A DNA stretch of 64,000 nt from Octopus vulgaris (GCA_951406725.2 OX597822.1:102424001-102488000), one strand, 5' to 3'. Counted from the stretch's first letter, positions 44,241 through 57,221 are shown. The notes: a model not told the origin generated them from the letters alone. Numbers and translations: made by a program.

Positions 44241-45369
44241 GTTTAACGTCCACTTTCCATACTAGCATGGGTTGGACGATTTTGACTGAGGGCTGGCGAA
44301 CCAGGTGGCTGCACCAGGCTCCAATCTTGATTTGGCAGAGTTTGTACAGCTGGATGCCCTTCCTAACACCAACCACCCCGTGAGTGTAGTGGGTGCTTTT
44401 TTACGTGCCACCAGCACGGGGACCAGTCAGGCGGTACTGGCAATGACCCTGCTCGAATCTTTTTATACATGCCACCGGCACAGGTTCCACTAAGGCGATG
44501 TTGGTAACGATCACGCTCAAATAGTGCCCTTTTACATGCCACCAACACGGAAGCCAGTTGGATGCTCTGGCAACGATCACACTCAGATGGTGCTCTTGGC
44601 ACCCTACTAGAAGAGGCACAAGTGCCAGTAAGGTGACGCTGGTAACGATCACACTTGAATGGTGCCTTTTATGTGCCACTGGCATGGAAGCCGGTTAGCC
44701 GCTCTGTCAGCGATCACGTTTGTATGGTGCTCTTTGCACCCCACTAGTACGGATATATATATGTATATATATTCTGTTGTGTCTGGGGAGAGTCATTCTC
44801 TTTTAGTGCCTTATAATTTAACACTCACTCATTTACTTATTTTTCTAGAATTTCCGTTGCATCTTGCAACGGAATGCATGTCAGTGTGTGTATGCATGTA
44901 TGTTTGTGTGTGTGTGTACATGTATATATGTATGTGTGTACATTTCTACGTATGTATTCTGCATATTCGTGTGCTTGTGTGTTCGTGATTGTGTGTTTTT
45001 ATGTGTGTGTGTGTACCTCTGTCTCCTTGTGTGTGCATGTCTGAGTGTGTCTGTGTATGTGTGTGTGTATGGGTTTTGTGACTATGTACTCTGTCTGTAT
45101 GTGTGGATGTGTGTCTTCATATGTGTCTTTGTGTGAAGTGAAGTGTGTGTGTATATGGTCGTGTGTTTCAGTCGTCATTTGTGTATGTGTGTGTATATGT
45201 GCTTGTCTGTTCATATGTACCTGTATGTACCTGTATGTAGACCCATCTGTATGTCTATCCGTTTTCTTTCATATCCATATGCCTACACACATGTGCATAT
45301 ACATATACACACACACATACATACATACATCTACATAATAGCCCACAAACTATTCTACCTGTATATAAA

Positions 45370-45600
45370 TATAAACTGTGGATGTGTTTCATTTATGAGG
45401 ACATACTCCTGTATTTGTCTGAGTGTTGGGTCCTTTGGTTTCTTGGATAAAATGCAGGTGTCAAGTTGACCCAGGTTACCTCCATGTTGGTCCTTGGTAC
45501 ATTGGTAGAGTATGGAGGACTGTGTTTTGTCGTCATATTGTCTCAAATGTTCGTTTAGTCTTTCCCCAATGCTCCTAGATGTCTCCCCTCTATATGTCAT
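45370..45600 (-). pseudogene. Penelope-like element GIY-YIG endonuclease fragment
   Basis: YRGETSRSIGERLNEH...SILYQ...H...IL...RQIQEYVLINETHPQ matches the Y.G.T.R....R..EH and E...I....P pattern. Confidence 0.72.
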
Positions 45601-45701
45601 GTTCATGTCTATACACACACACACACACACACACATACATACATTCATATCAGAAGTAAATAGACTCCTGGTAATCATTAACATTTAAATCTGAAATTAT
45701 A

Positions 45702-46140
45702 TCCAGAGACGTGCAACCAAACGCATACCCTCCATCAGACACCTACCATATTCTGAGCGCCTTGTTTCCCTGGGCATGGATTCACTGAAGCTCCGGCGTC
45801 TGGCGACGGACTTGGTAAACACCCACAAGGTTATCAACCACCTCACCAACAACAACACTGAACACCTTTTTGATCTCCATGTGTCTAACACACGTGGACA
45901 TGCCTACAAAGTCAGAAAACAGCACAGCTCCCATGACTTTCGGAAACATTTTTTCACGCTCAGGGTTGCTGAAGCGTGGAATAAACTGCCTGCATCAGTT
46001 GTTGACTGCCATGACACTGCATCCTTTAAGGCCCTCATGCTTCCCGAAATCCGTCGAAACTACACCTGATTATATATACACTTTAGATGAGTTGTAGTGC
46101 ACCTGAGCACTGTACACAATTATTATTATTATTATTATTA
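45702..46140 (+). mobile_element. 3' fragment of CR1-like LINE (family C)
   Basis: QRRATKRIP...TRGHAYKV...RKHFFTLRVAEAWNKLP, with an (ATT)n tail. Confidence 0.9.
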
Positions 46141-46309
46141 TACATTCAAATTATTTATTAATTGTTATAATGTGAATATTTAATATTTAGTAGACATGCC
46201 CTTTGCATTTTTCAGTGCAAGGACCCTATTAGGCCTGTTACTTGATCAGATGACGAATATTCTCATGCAGAATTTCTTGCCAAGTTTCATGCAGAAGGGG
46301 CCTGTCAAA

Positions 46310-46509
46310 GGGCCCCTGGTTGATCTGAACGAGGTGATGTGGATTCCTTCCCCTCTCTGGTGAATTGCACAATCACTCTATTAAGTGTAGAAATTGGGAT
46401 CCCCAAGGTTTTCTGCAATTTTACACCTACTATGTCCACCTTCAGAATGACCCACAATACGGCCTCTTTGAAATTCAGACAGCTCCAAGGCTTCTTTTGT
46501 ACGTGGCAT
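46310..46509 (-). pseudogene. Tc1-like transposase N-terminal fragment
   Basis: [25 protein letters not shown]...IAENLG, then a frameshift, then [17 protein letters not shown]. Confidence 0.72.
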
Positions 46510-47271
46510 TATTAAACAGTCACATATAGAACCTAAAACATGAAAATGTCAATTAATAAAAAATATAAACTTTTGCAAGTTAGAATAAACATAAAACAAT
46601 GTTTTATGGGGTGTCTATTTTCTCCTGTCATGCTTGTGTGTGTGTGTGTGTGTGAGTGTAAACACAACTCTTCTATACTACTAAATAGATATAATGAGGC
46701 CCTAGGTACATGTAATCACTGCTTTTTTCATACCTTCAAATTTTACCACAAATCTAAATGCAACCTAAATCATCACAGTACATATACTAAACACTCCTTC
46801 GGTAATCTCAGTACATATACTAAACACCCCTTAGGTAATATCCTACAACCTTATTTGACACTCCAATATCTTAATTTTTTAAGTTTACAATTTTTAATTT
46901 TTAATTGTTTAATAATACATATATAAGCATATATGTAAGTGCATGTATGTGTGTGTATACATGTATATATATATATATATGGGTGTATGTGTGTGTGTGT
47001 GTGTATATATATATCCTTCGGAATGTAGAGTAGATGAAATATTTAGCGACTGAAGAAGGGGTTTTTCTTTGTGTTAATTGTCCTGTACTCTATTTTTTTG
47101 CTGTTTTTAAATAAATGTCCAGTTCCTTTCGTTTGTGTCTATGTTTCCATTTCTCATTGTGTTCGACGTCCTTTTGGTGTCCTGTACTCATATATGCGTG
47201 TATATGTACATGTAGAGGTAGGTACGTACATATATGTTTATATATATGCATATGTTTTATTTTATTTATTA

Positions 47272-47304
<33 letters not shown>

Positions 47305-47660
47305 ATATATTGTTTTCACATTTGATTTGCACAATTATTGGTGTGAACTCAATTGTTGAAATAGATTTTATTCTTGAATAAATATATATATACATGTACA
47401 AAAGAAGTGATCAAACAATTTATTGAACAATCAATTAATTGATTGAATATCAACAAATTGACTAATAATAATAAAATAATTGTTACAGAGCCAATCAATT
47501 GTTTATTATTAGCATAATGCCCACCACCACCACTACCACAATTATATATAGCTTATGATAGACAAAAGTTTATATTATTTGTTCCCTACATATGTTTCAA
47601 CATTGTGGTTGTTTTGTAACAGCCAATGTGGTTCCAAACAACTACAATAGTGAAACATAC

Positions 47661-48047
47661 AGGAGTGGCTGTGTGGTAAGTAGCTTGTTTACCACATGGT
47701 TCCGGGTCCAGTCCCACTGTGTGGCATCTTGGGCAAGTGTCTTCAGCTATAGCCTCGGGCCGACCAATGTTTTATGAGTGGATTTGGTAGACGGAAACTG
47801 AAAGAAGCTTGTCGTATATATGTGTGTTTGTGTGTGTGTGTGTTTGTCCCCCTAGCATTGCTTGACAACCGATGCTGGTGTGTTTACGTCCCCGTCACTT
47901 AGCGGTTCGGCAAAAGAGACCGATATGATAAGTACTGGGCTTCCAAAGAATAAGTCCCGGGGTCGATTTGCTCGACTAAAGGCGGTGCTCCAGCATGGCC
48001 GCAGTCAAATGACTGAAACAAGTAAAAGAGTAAAGAGTAAAAGAGTA
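47661..48047 (+). mobile_element. SINE family S1
   Basis: Homologous to 57662-58067. Confidence 0.9.
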
Positions 48048-48477
48048 ATATAAATTTGTGCCTATCATAATTTCTCTTACATTTGCTTTGAATATCATTG
48101 TTTGTAACACTACTACTTATAGCCACAACTTAAACACTATACTGGAAGTAGTCTGGATGATGATAATCTACGTGGAGCTCTAAACTCAACAGTAGCAGTC
48201 ATACACCTAACTGTACACAGTTGATATTCTCCAGCTTATGATGCTGACTAGATTTCTGATTATCAATGGGGAGTTTGAGATTATTTTTATACTTAAAAGC
48301 GCCTGGTTTGGCTATCTGTAAAGGTATTATTTCTGCTGTGTTCAAATTGAATGTTACATAAAAGTAGTTTACTGCAGGTTGGTTGGTTTGCATGGTTACT
48401 TCTAGGTTGAAATGTGTGTGTACGCATAGGTGGGTGGCTGTGTGGGTGGCTGTGTGTGTGTGTGTTACATAATATAG

Positions 48478-48710
48478 AAGGCGGCGAGTTGGCAGAAGCG
48501 TTTGCACGCCGGGCGAAATGCGTAGCCGTATTTCGTCTGTCGTTACGTTGTGAGTTCAAATTCCGCCGAGGTCGACTTTGCCTTTCATCCTTTCGGGGTC
48601 GATAAATTAAGTACCAGTTACCCACTGGGGTCGATGTAATTGACTTAATCCCTTTGTCTGTCCTTGTTTGTCCCCTCTATGTTTAGCCCCTTGTGGGTAG
48701 TAAAGAAATA
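48478..48710 (+). mobile_element. tRNA-derived SINE family S2, complete copy
   Basis: Head with GAGTTCAAATTCC B box and central GTCGACTTTGCCTTTCATCCTTTCGGGGTCGATAAA. At least 7 copies in the window. Confidence 0.88.
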
Positions 48711-48768
48711 AATATTGATTAAAATTATATTAGTGAGGGATCAGACAGGATACAGACACAAATATAAA

Positions 48769-49295
48769 TAATAATAATAATAATAATTGCGTACAGTGCT
48801 CAGGTGCACTACAACTCATCTAAAGTGTATATATAATCAGGTGTAGTTTCGGCGGATTTCGGGAAGCATGAGGGCCTTAAAGGATGCAGTGTCATGGCAG
48901 TCAACAACTGATGCAGGCAGTTTATTCCACGCTTCAGCAACCCTGAGCGTGAAAAATGTTTCCGAAAGTCATGGGAGCTGTGCTGTTTTCTGACTTTGTA
49001 GGCATGTCCACGTGTGTTAGACACATGGAGATCAAAAAGGTGTTCAGTGTTGTTGTTGGTGAGGTGGTTGATAACCTTGTGGGTGTTTACTAAGTCCGTC
49101 GCTAGACGCCGGAGCTTCAGTGAATCCATGCCCAGGGAAACAAGGCGCTGAGAATATGGTAGGTGTCTGATGGAGGGTATGCGTTTGGTTGCACGTCTCT
49201 GGACAGATTCCAGGAGGTCAATGTTCTGAGCAAGATAGGGGTTCCAAACTGATGATGCGAATTCCAAGTGTGGTCGTACCATAGCTGTATACAGT
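48769..49295 (-). mobile_element. 3' fragment of CR1-like LINE (family C)
   Basis: VRPHLEFASSVWNPY...LESVQRRATK. Near-identical to 45702-46140. Confidence 0.9.
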
Positions 49296-49464
49296 TTTAT
49301 ACAACTCCTTGGTGAGTAAGTTACTCTCTATATACTCTGCTTAGCTGTGTATCTACATATTTGATAGGCAACAATTGTTAGAAATTGATGGCAATCATGC
49401 TGACCAGTATTTCTTTTAAATAGATAATCATTTCCTATTTGTTCAATTCTGTTTTTAATATTTT

Positions 49465-49499
49465 GACTTTTTTTGCCCCTTTTTTGTGTATATTTTCAG
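49465..49499 (+). other. Probable splice acceptor of the DUF229 coding exon
   Basis: Polypyrimidine tract ending TTTTCAG, 130 nt upstream of the in-frame ATG. Confidence 0.6.
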
Positions 49500-49629
49500 T
49501 ATCCAACATATGATCAAATCAAGTTATCCAAATGAAGTCAAGAATTGGATAGGCAGACCAGTTACCAGTATTTCACCCTTCTGATGTCAGCCGGGAGAAA
49601 AGGGAATTTTGCCATGTATTGAAATCATC

Positions 49630-51555
49630 ATGTTTTCTGGCAAATATTGTTGTTTTATTTTTCGCCAAAGGCGAAAACATGAGAAGGTCTTATCTGTGTG
49701 CCTTTTTATCTCCATTATCCTATTGGTTTCAAAACTAATCACACAGGAAGTCTATAGCACCGAAAAAAGACAGATTTCAGGTGAGACTCAGAGCTGTATT
49801 CATCCCCAGCTTGATCCAAATCTTCCTGAAATTATGAAGTTTTTCAAGAAACTTCCTGAAATAAAATGCAATGAGGAAGAAGATTGGATATTTGTTAAAG
49901 AAGGTGTCCTTCTAAAGTCACCAAAAATAAATTCGAAATATGGTAACTTTGAGTGTGATTATATTCCAATAATACGTGGTGCTGATGATTTTTCAATTAG
50001 TGATGGACCTGTAATTAAAAATATACAGAATGGCACTTTAATAAATTCAGATTTCTTTCGCATATCATGTAAAAGTAAAAAGGGTGTTCATTATGACAAT
50101 GTTCACTGCGCAATAGCCAAACAGGAAGAGACCTTGAAGAGATCAGAAAAAATTCAGGCTCCCAAAAATATGCCTAAATTAAGTGTGATAATGTTTGGAA
50201 TTGATTCTGTCTCTCACATGACCTGGTTACGCATGTTACCAAAGTCACATAAGTATTTTACTAAACTTGGTGGACTTGTCCTGAATGGATATAACATTGT
50301 TGGTGATGGCACCCCTCAAGCACTTCTTCCTATTTTGACGGGGCAAACTGAATGGGAGTTACCTGAAGCTCGTAGGGGTCGTAAAAACGCAAGTGTTGTT
50401 GATGGCCACCCATGGATTTGGAAAAATTTCAGAGATGCTGGTTATGTCACACAGTACGGAGAAGATAGCCCCAACATAGGAACTTTTACATACCGTATGT
50501 TGGGATTTAAAAAGCAGCCTGTTGATCATTATATGCGAACATATCACATGGAGGCTGAAAAGCACTATTCTAAAAACAAAGCTTACTGTTTAGGTTCTGA
50601 AAAACGTGATAATATTTTTTTAAACTGGATTAAACATTTTGTTGAGATGTATAACACCAAACCAAAATTTTCCTTTTTGTTTTACTCAGAGTGTAGCCAT
50701 GGAGATAACAATCTGATTCAACATGTTGACAATGATCTATTTGCTTTCTTGACTTACATGAAAACATCGGGTCATCTGGATCATACTATTTTAATCTTGA
50801 TGGCTGATCATGGAGCTAGGTTTCAAAATGTTAGGGAAACAGTTCAGGGAAAACTTGAAGAACGCATGCCCTATTTTAGTTTTCTTTTTCCACAATGGTT
50901 TGCAACCAAATATCCTGATGCCTATAAAAATTTTAAAACAAACACACATCGACTTACTACACCATTTGATATTCATGAAACATTCATGCATCTCTTTAAC
51001 TTCACTGATTTTAAACCTGGTTCTACAACATCTCGAGGAATAAGTCTTTTTAAAGAAATTCCAAAGAAACGTTCTTGTCAGGATGCTGACATTGAACCAC
51101 ATTGGTGTGCCTGTCTCCACTGGGATCCTGTTTCCCTTGATGATGAGAGAATTAAAAAATCTGCAATGGAAGCTGTACGGTTTATAAATTCATTAACAAG
51201 TAAGTTTCGTTCAGAATGCAGAGAATTAAAACTTTTTGACATTAAGCAGGCTTTCAGATTTCGTGCCACTGAACAATTGCTCAAATTCAAACAAAGTAGT
51301 GACAATGATGGACGATTTGCTGACCTTTCTGACAAAATGGTTGAAAAGGAATACCTTATACAAGTAACATTTCATGTAACACCTGGTAATGGTTTGTTTG
51401 AAGTCACCTTAAAACATAACGTAGCCTTGGATACGTATATAGTGAAAAGCGGGGAAATAAGTCGAATAAATAAATACGGCTCTGCACCCAACTGTATCGC
51501 CAGCCGTTATCCAAATCTTCGTCAATATTGCTACTGTGTTAAACAAACAAATTAA
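49630..51555 (+). CDS. DUF229-family protein (alkaline phosphatase/sulfatase-like fold), probably membrane-anchored, single coding exon
   Basis: Long intact ORF with an N-terminal hydrophobic anchor VLSVCLFISIILLV. Motifs SVIMFGIDSVS, GYNIVGDGT, ADHG, GKLEERMP, LTTPFDIHET, RSC..A.I..HWCAC and a C-terminal YCYC. First in-frame ATG is at 49630. Confidence 0.9.
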   Translation: MFSGKYCCFIFRQRRKHEKVLSVCLFISIILLVSKLITQEVYSTEKRQISGETQSCIHPQLDPNLPEIMKFFKKLPEIKCNEEEDWIFVKEGVLLKSPKINSKYGNFECDYIPIIRGADDFSISDGPVIKNIQNGTLINSDFFRISCKSKKGVHYDNVHCAIAKQEETLKRSEKIQAPKNMPKLSVIMFGIDSVSHMTWLRMLPKSHKYFTKLGGLVLNGYNIVGDGTPQALLPILTGQTEWELPEARRGRKNASVVDGHPWIWKNFRDAGYVTQYGEDSPNIGTFTYRMLGFKKQPVDHYMRTYHMEAEKHYSKNKAYCLGSEKRDNIFLNWIKHFVEMYNTKPKFSFLFYSECSHGDNNLIQHVDNDLFAFLTYMKTSGHLDHTILILMADHGARFQNVRETVQGKLEERMPYFSFLFPQWFATKYPDAYKNFKTNTHRLTTPFDIHETFMHLFNFTDFKPGSTTSRGISLFKEIPKKRSCQDADIEPHWCACLHWDPVSLDDERIKKSAMEAVRFINSLTSKFRSECRELKLFDIKQAFRFRATEQLLKFKQSSDNDGRFADLSDKMVEKEYLIQVTFHVTPGNGLFEVTLKHNVALDTYIVKSGEISRINKYGSAPNCIASRYPNLRQYCYCVKQTN

Positions 51556-52601
51556 CATTTGGTGATTAACACTATGTATTACCAATTCCATGATTATAAT
51601 GGTAGCTGTTATATTATTTCTTGTATTTGTTGCTGTTTAAATTACAAATTACATTTGATTTCATTTTTGTTTAAGAAACCTTCAAAACCTGATTTATCAT
51701 ATACAAAACTGGCGCTAGCATGCTTTCATTGGTCACCTAACGGTTTCAACTGTTCACCTAATCAATTCTGCTTGAGCTTTATGTTCACCCACATGTAGAA
51801 GATAAATTTCTAAAATAATATTAAGGTAACAAATGTTAAAGATCAAGGTATTTATCTAACAAGTCCCTCCTACCTCCACTAGAAAAAAAAACTGTTTTTC
51901 ATCATGTGAAATCATACTTTGGCAACTTAGTCCCAAACATTAAAAAAAAATGGGATTCTTCATCAAATTTTCTGAATCCTCAAAACTTGGCATGACAGCC
52001 CTCTATAAAATCATATCTTGATCCACTCATAGACCCAAAAATATCGTTTAAAACATTTAAATTATTTATTATCTTCGATCTCAATTTGCGTTTATTTTGA
52101 GCTTTCTTATAAATATTTTTTTTAAGAGCAGGTCAATACATTGATCTTTTCAACATTTGTTAACCTTGTAATTTATGTTTTTTTTTAAAGTTTGAATTTT
52201 CTCAACATGAAATTTTTATTTTTAGAGTTTTTTGGGGTTTTTTTCTAAAGCAACAGAAGGTTATAAAAAGGAAAGATTTTTAAGGTGGAAAGCAACGTTG
52301 TTGAATGAGATGAGAAACTGAAGGAGCATCCAGAGATGTGTGCACAGGCATAACTGTACATGTATCTATGTACTCATGTGCACATGAATAAACCCTAGTA
52401 TATTTTCTGTATTTAACATACATATCTCCTGTAATTGTGTATATATAATATATACATACATGCATACATATATATAAAGCATGTGTGTGTATATATGTGT
52501 ATATATATATATGTATACATATGTGTACATATTTATGTGTATGCATGTGTGTGTATTTATATATATATATATGTACATATATGCATGTGTACACATTTAT
52601 A

Positions 52602-52647
<46 letters not shown>

Positions 52648-53040
52648 TATGCATACACATGTATAGGTATAAAGTATGCAAAGCTTGTGTTTGTTTGCAT
52701 AATTTCCAGTAACAAGTTTCATATCTTACATGATGCGTGCGGGTGGGTGGCTGCACGCACGCACACACACAAAGGACAAGTTAATGGCTATGTTACCTTT
52801 AGCGAATAAAACACTTTGATAAATCATAAACTTTCTGGGAAGCAAATCTTCAAATGACATTCCCACTCCATATTGTATGGATGGCTATTTTTACACAACA
52901 CCAACATATTGTGATATAAAAAGCAGGTAAAGAGTCAATGTTAGAAGAGTCTGATTTATGGCAATCCTTAAAATTTTTTAGCTACAAAAGCTAAATTCAA
53001 GTATTTTTGTTTTATTATATTGGGGGAAATTTTTGATTTT

Positions 53041-53087
<47 letters not shown>

Positions 53088-53113
53088 ATATATTTGTATA
53101 ATAGATATATATT

Positions 53114-53160
<47 letters not shown>

Positions 53161-53252
53161 TTCAGCAAAATTTAGATTCAAATGAATATGGTACTTAAGT
53201 CTGAGGTACGAGAATTTTGTATGGTATTATCCATATAAATCCGTGGGGTGAT

Positions 53253-53413
53253 TATAATCAAAATAAGCAACAAGTATATCTTCGGTAATTTGGTACGACC
53301 ATTTCATGCTACTTCATTTTATTAAACATTGTAATGTTTACAATGTTTGATTAAATGAAGCAGCATGAAACGATCGTACCAAATTACTGAAGATATACTT
53401 GTTGCTTATTTTG

Positions 53414-53419
<6 letters not shown>
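53253..53419. repeat. Fold-back inverted repeat, arms about 80 bp, between TA arrays
   Basis: Arms are reverse complements. The right arm contains GAAACGATCGTA. Confidence 0.85.
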
Positions 53420-53450
<31 letters not shown>

Positions 53451-53760
53451 GTGAAACTGATAATGAAGTCAAAACAGTCTTGAAAAATACAAAAATTGGA
53501 TTTGGATATCATTTAAGTGAAATGAATTTGCAAATGGTTAAAAGTCGATCATTGAATCTCATTGAATGGTTACTTATTAATTAGGTTATGAATATGAGTT
53601 TGCTTCAAAAATGAAAACAATTTTGTTAATCATTGGAGTTTTAGTGAAACAAAAACAATCTAGAAAAATGCAGAAATACACCTGGATATCCCGAGTAAAC
53701 AAAACAACTGTGTAAACATTTGAGAGCTGCTTATCAAATGCTTTTAATACAGATTTCTCC

Positions 53761-54340
53761 TCAGGCAGTGAGCTGGCTACATTGTTAGCACACCAGGAAA
53801 GATGCCTTGTGGTATTTTGTTAAGGTGGTGAGCTGGCAGAAACGTTAGCATGCCGGGCGAAATGCTTAGCAGTATTTCGTCTGTCTTTACATTCTGAGTT
53901 CAAATTCCACCGAGGTCGACTTTGCCTTTCATCCTTTCGGGGTTGATTAAATAAGTACCAGTTACGCACTGGGGTCAGTATAATCGACTTAATCCATTTG
54001 TCTGTCCTTGTTTGTACTCTATGTGTTTAGCCCCTTGTGGGTAGTAAAGAAATAGGTATTTTGTTTGCCTTTACATTCTGAGTTCAAATTCCACCGAGGT
54101 CGACTTTGCCTTTCATCCTTTCGGGGTTGATTAAATAAGTACCAGTTACGCACTGGGGTCAGTATAATCGACTTAATCCATTTGTCTGTCCCTGTTTGTC
54201 CTCTCTGTGTTTAGCCCCTTGTGGGTAGTAAAGAAATAGGTATTTTGTTTGCCTTTATATTCTGAGTTCAAATTCTGCCAAGGTCGACTTTGCCTTTCAT
54301 CCTTTCGGGTTGATTAAATAAGTACCAGTTACGCACTGGG
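53761..54340 (+). mobile_element. Head-to-tail tandem array of SINE S2 units
   Basis: TTCTGAGTTCAAATTC... recurs at about 53892, 54076 and 54260, a period of about 184 bp. Confidence 0.88.
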
Positions 54341-54448
54341 ATATATATATATACACATATATATATATACACATATATATATATATACACATATATATAT
54401 ATACATATATATATATACACATATATATATATACACATATATATATAC

Positions 54449-54479
<31 letters not shown>

Positions 54480-54528
54480 CATATATATATATATACATTT
54501 ATATATATATACATATATATATATATAC

Positions 54529-54559
<31 letters not shown>

Positions 54560-54574
54560 CATATATATACATAC

Positions 54575-54629
<55 letters not shown>

Positions 54630-55964
54630 AAGGAAAGATATATGCAATTAGATGAACTGAGGTAGTAATAAAAGTCATTATTGTGAAATTATTAGATAGA
54701 TTCAAGCATACTGGTTTAGTAAGTTATTAATCATTGCTTTGAATGCACACTGATTAATGGATGGTGTCAGGTTTAATAGTCCCTGAGAAAAAAAGATTAT
54801 TTGTAAGGGAGGTAAGTAGTTCTGGATTTGATGCAATTGGGTTAGATATAGAATTGTAATGTGAATGGTGTAAGGGATGTATGGGGGTTAGTGGTATTAA
54901 TTGAAAGGTTAGTAGTGTTCTGTATTATGTTATGTGCTCATATTTAGTTGGGGAAGATATTTATTGATGAATGTTGCCTCTTTATTCATTCTTTGTTGCA
55001 TTGAGGTGTTCTGTATATATATATATATAGTAAGTTTGGAATAATATTTCCTCATATATATATATATATGATGATGATGATGATGATATATATGCATGGG
55101 TAGGACAGTAGGTAGAAAAATTACCCTATGCTGATATGTCTGTTTTGGCAGGGTTTTTATGGCTGGATGCCCTTCCTAACACCAACCAGTCTGCTGAGTG
55201 GATTCAGTGCATTTTACGTGGCACAAGCACAGGTGAGGTTAGTTTTGGCATGAATTTTACATCTGGATGCTTTTTATGTGGCACCAGCATTGGCAGGGTC
55301 ACCAAGTAACTTGCAAGACAAAGAATTATGAGAGGGACAGGGATATTTGAGGAGGGGAACTCATGTCAGGATGAAAGGTTAGAGGGTGACAAAGAGACAG
55401 AAAGCTGAAAATAGGTGTCTTGCTATAACAGAGAGGGCATTGAAGGAGGTAATTCAGTATCAGATGATGAAAGGTTAGAGTGTGACAGAGAAATAGAGAG
55501 GCAGAAATAGGTGTCTTGCTATAGAGGAGGTACATGGTTACCCAGTGAGAGAGAGTGACTAAGAATGAGGGCAAAAATAGGTGTGCTGTTGTAGAGGAGA
55601 TATGTAGCTACCCAGCCAGAGGGAAAGAGAGAGAGAGTATGAAACAGCAATAGAATAAGAGAGAGCAGGAGAGAGATGAAGTGTTATGTTATACTCACAA
55701 GTAATAAGAATCAGAACATGGATGTGATGGTAGAGTAAAGAAAAGAGAGGTACAAAGGTTGTAATAAATGCAGTCAGGTGTTGCCAAGAAGATAAGTAGG
55801 GAGTGGGGATTGCAGTGACATGGCAAAAACCTGGGTAGAGGGCAGGAAAGGGGATTAGAAGACAAAGTTTATGAAGAGAAAAATACTGGTTAGAAGAGGA
55901 GATGTAGTTCAGTTTCTTGGGGTAGGGTGTGTGAAAAGTTTGTAGTTACATGTGGATGGGATGC

Positions 55965-57090
55965 AACTCTTCTAGCACTCAGTTTTGCCGACATGGGCAG
56001 GTCTTCTCTAGAACCTCATATCACCAAACATGTCCATTGTCATTTCCTCTAGGAGCCCCAACATCCTAAAATCAGTCCTCATCACTTTATCCCATGTCTT
56101 TCTGAGTTTCCCTCTTCTACAGATACCATCCACTTTCAGTGACAGACAATTTGGTCACCTAAATAGCAGAAACTATCTACTACCTCAAGAGAACCTCCTG
56201 GGCATTTGAGAGAGTTCTTAAGCCCTTTGTGCGCAGCACATCTTCCACACATGAAAGCAACCTTATTTGTTAACCTGTCTATGATTCCACAGCATCTCTT
56301 ATGCATCCATAGCTTACACTTGATGCAGCAAATGGAATTACATCCCACTCCTTTCCTACATATTGAGCAGGGCCATTTACCTGATGGATGAAGAATCTTA
56401 TCTGCTTTCTTGCTAACAACCACTTTGGTCTTTGCTAAGTTAACTTTAAGGCCCTTTGATTCCAGGTTTTGCTTCCTAACCTGGAACTTCTCCAATTCTG
56501 CTTCAGATTCTGCAATAAGAGCAAATTCATCAGCATGTAGTAGTTCCCGTTGGTATCTAGTTTTGAATTCCTCTGTTATGGCCTGGAGAATTATGGTGAA
56601 TAAGAGTGGACTAGGAACTTATCCCTGGTGAGCTCCAATTTGTACACTAAATTCATCACTGTATTCAAGGCCAACTCTCACCTTACTGAGGGCATCGCTG
56701 TACCTGGCTTGAATGGCTCTAATAATCCATTCCTCTACTCCTAGCTTCCTTAGAGACCACCAGATAAGAGAGCAGGAAACCCTGTCAAAAGCTTTCTCCA
56801 GGTCAATGAAGGCTAAGTACAATGATTTACTTTTGGCCAAATACTTTTCTTGCAACTGTCTCACTATGAAGATGGCATCTTTGGTACTTCTCCCAGGAAC
56901 AAAATCAAACTGCAACTCATGTAGCTTAATTCAGTGAGATATAACTCTCTCTCTGTAATTTTCATGACCTGGTCCAGCAGCTTGATACCTCTGTAGTTAT
57001 TTCTATCTAAGATATCATCTTCACCATTGTAGCAGCTAACTATAATACTGCAACACCAGTCTATGGGGATGACACCTTCCTAAAAACCTT
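55965..57090 (-). pseudogene. Decayed RTE-clade LINE (RT and C-terminal region)
   Basis: QFDFVPGRSTKDAIFIVRQLQEKY...LAFIDLEKAFDRV; GLKVNLAKTK; CSICRKGVG.NSI.C..C..W.HKRC. Contains stops and frameshifts. Smaller RTE-like pieces at about 26810-27010 and 27545-27670. Confidence 0.88.
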
Positions 57091-57173
57091 TGACTAAAGA
57101 ATTTAAAAGGTGGTGCTCTAGCATGCCGCAGTCAAATGACTGAAACAAGTATGAGAATAAAAGAATATATATA

Positions 57174-57221
<48 letters not shown>

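Noticed and set aside
47015-47062. CUGAAGA near CCTTCGGAATGTA as a permuted hammerhead
   Set aside because: It needs several assumed mutations and has no stem I.
49609-49629. TTG start given by the ORF track for the DUF229 gene
   Set aside because: The context is eukaryotic, so the in-frame ATG at 49630 is more plausible.
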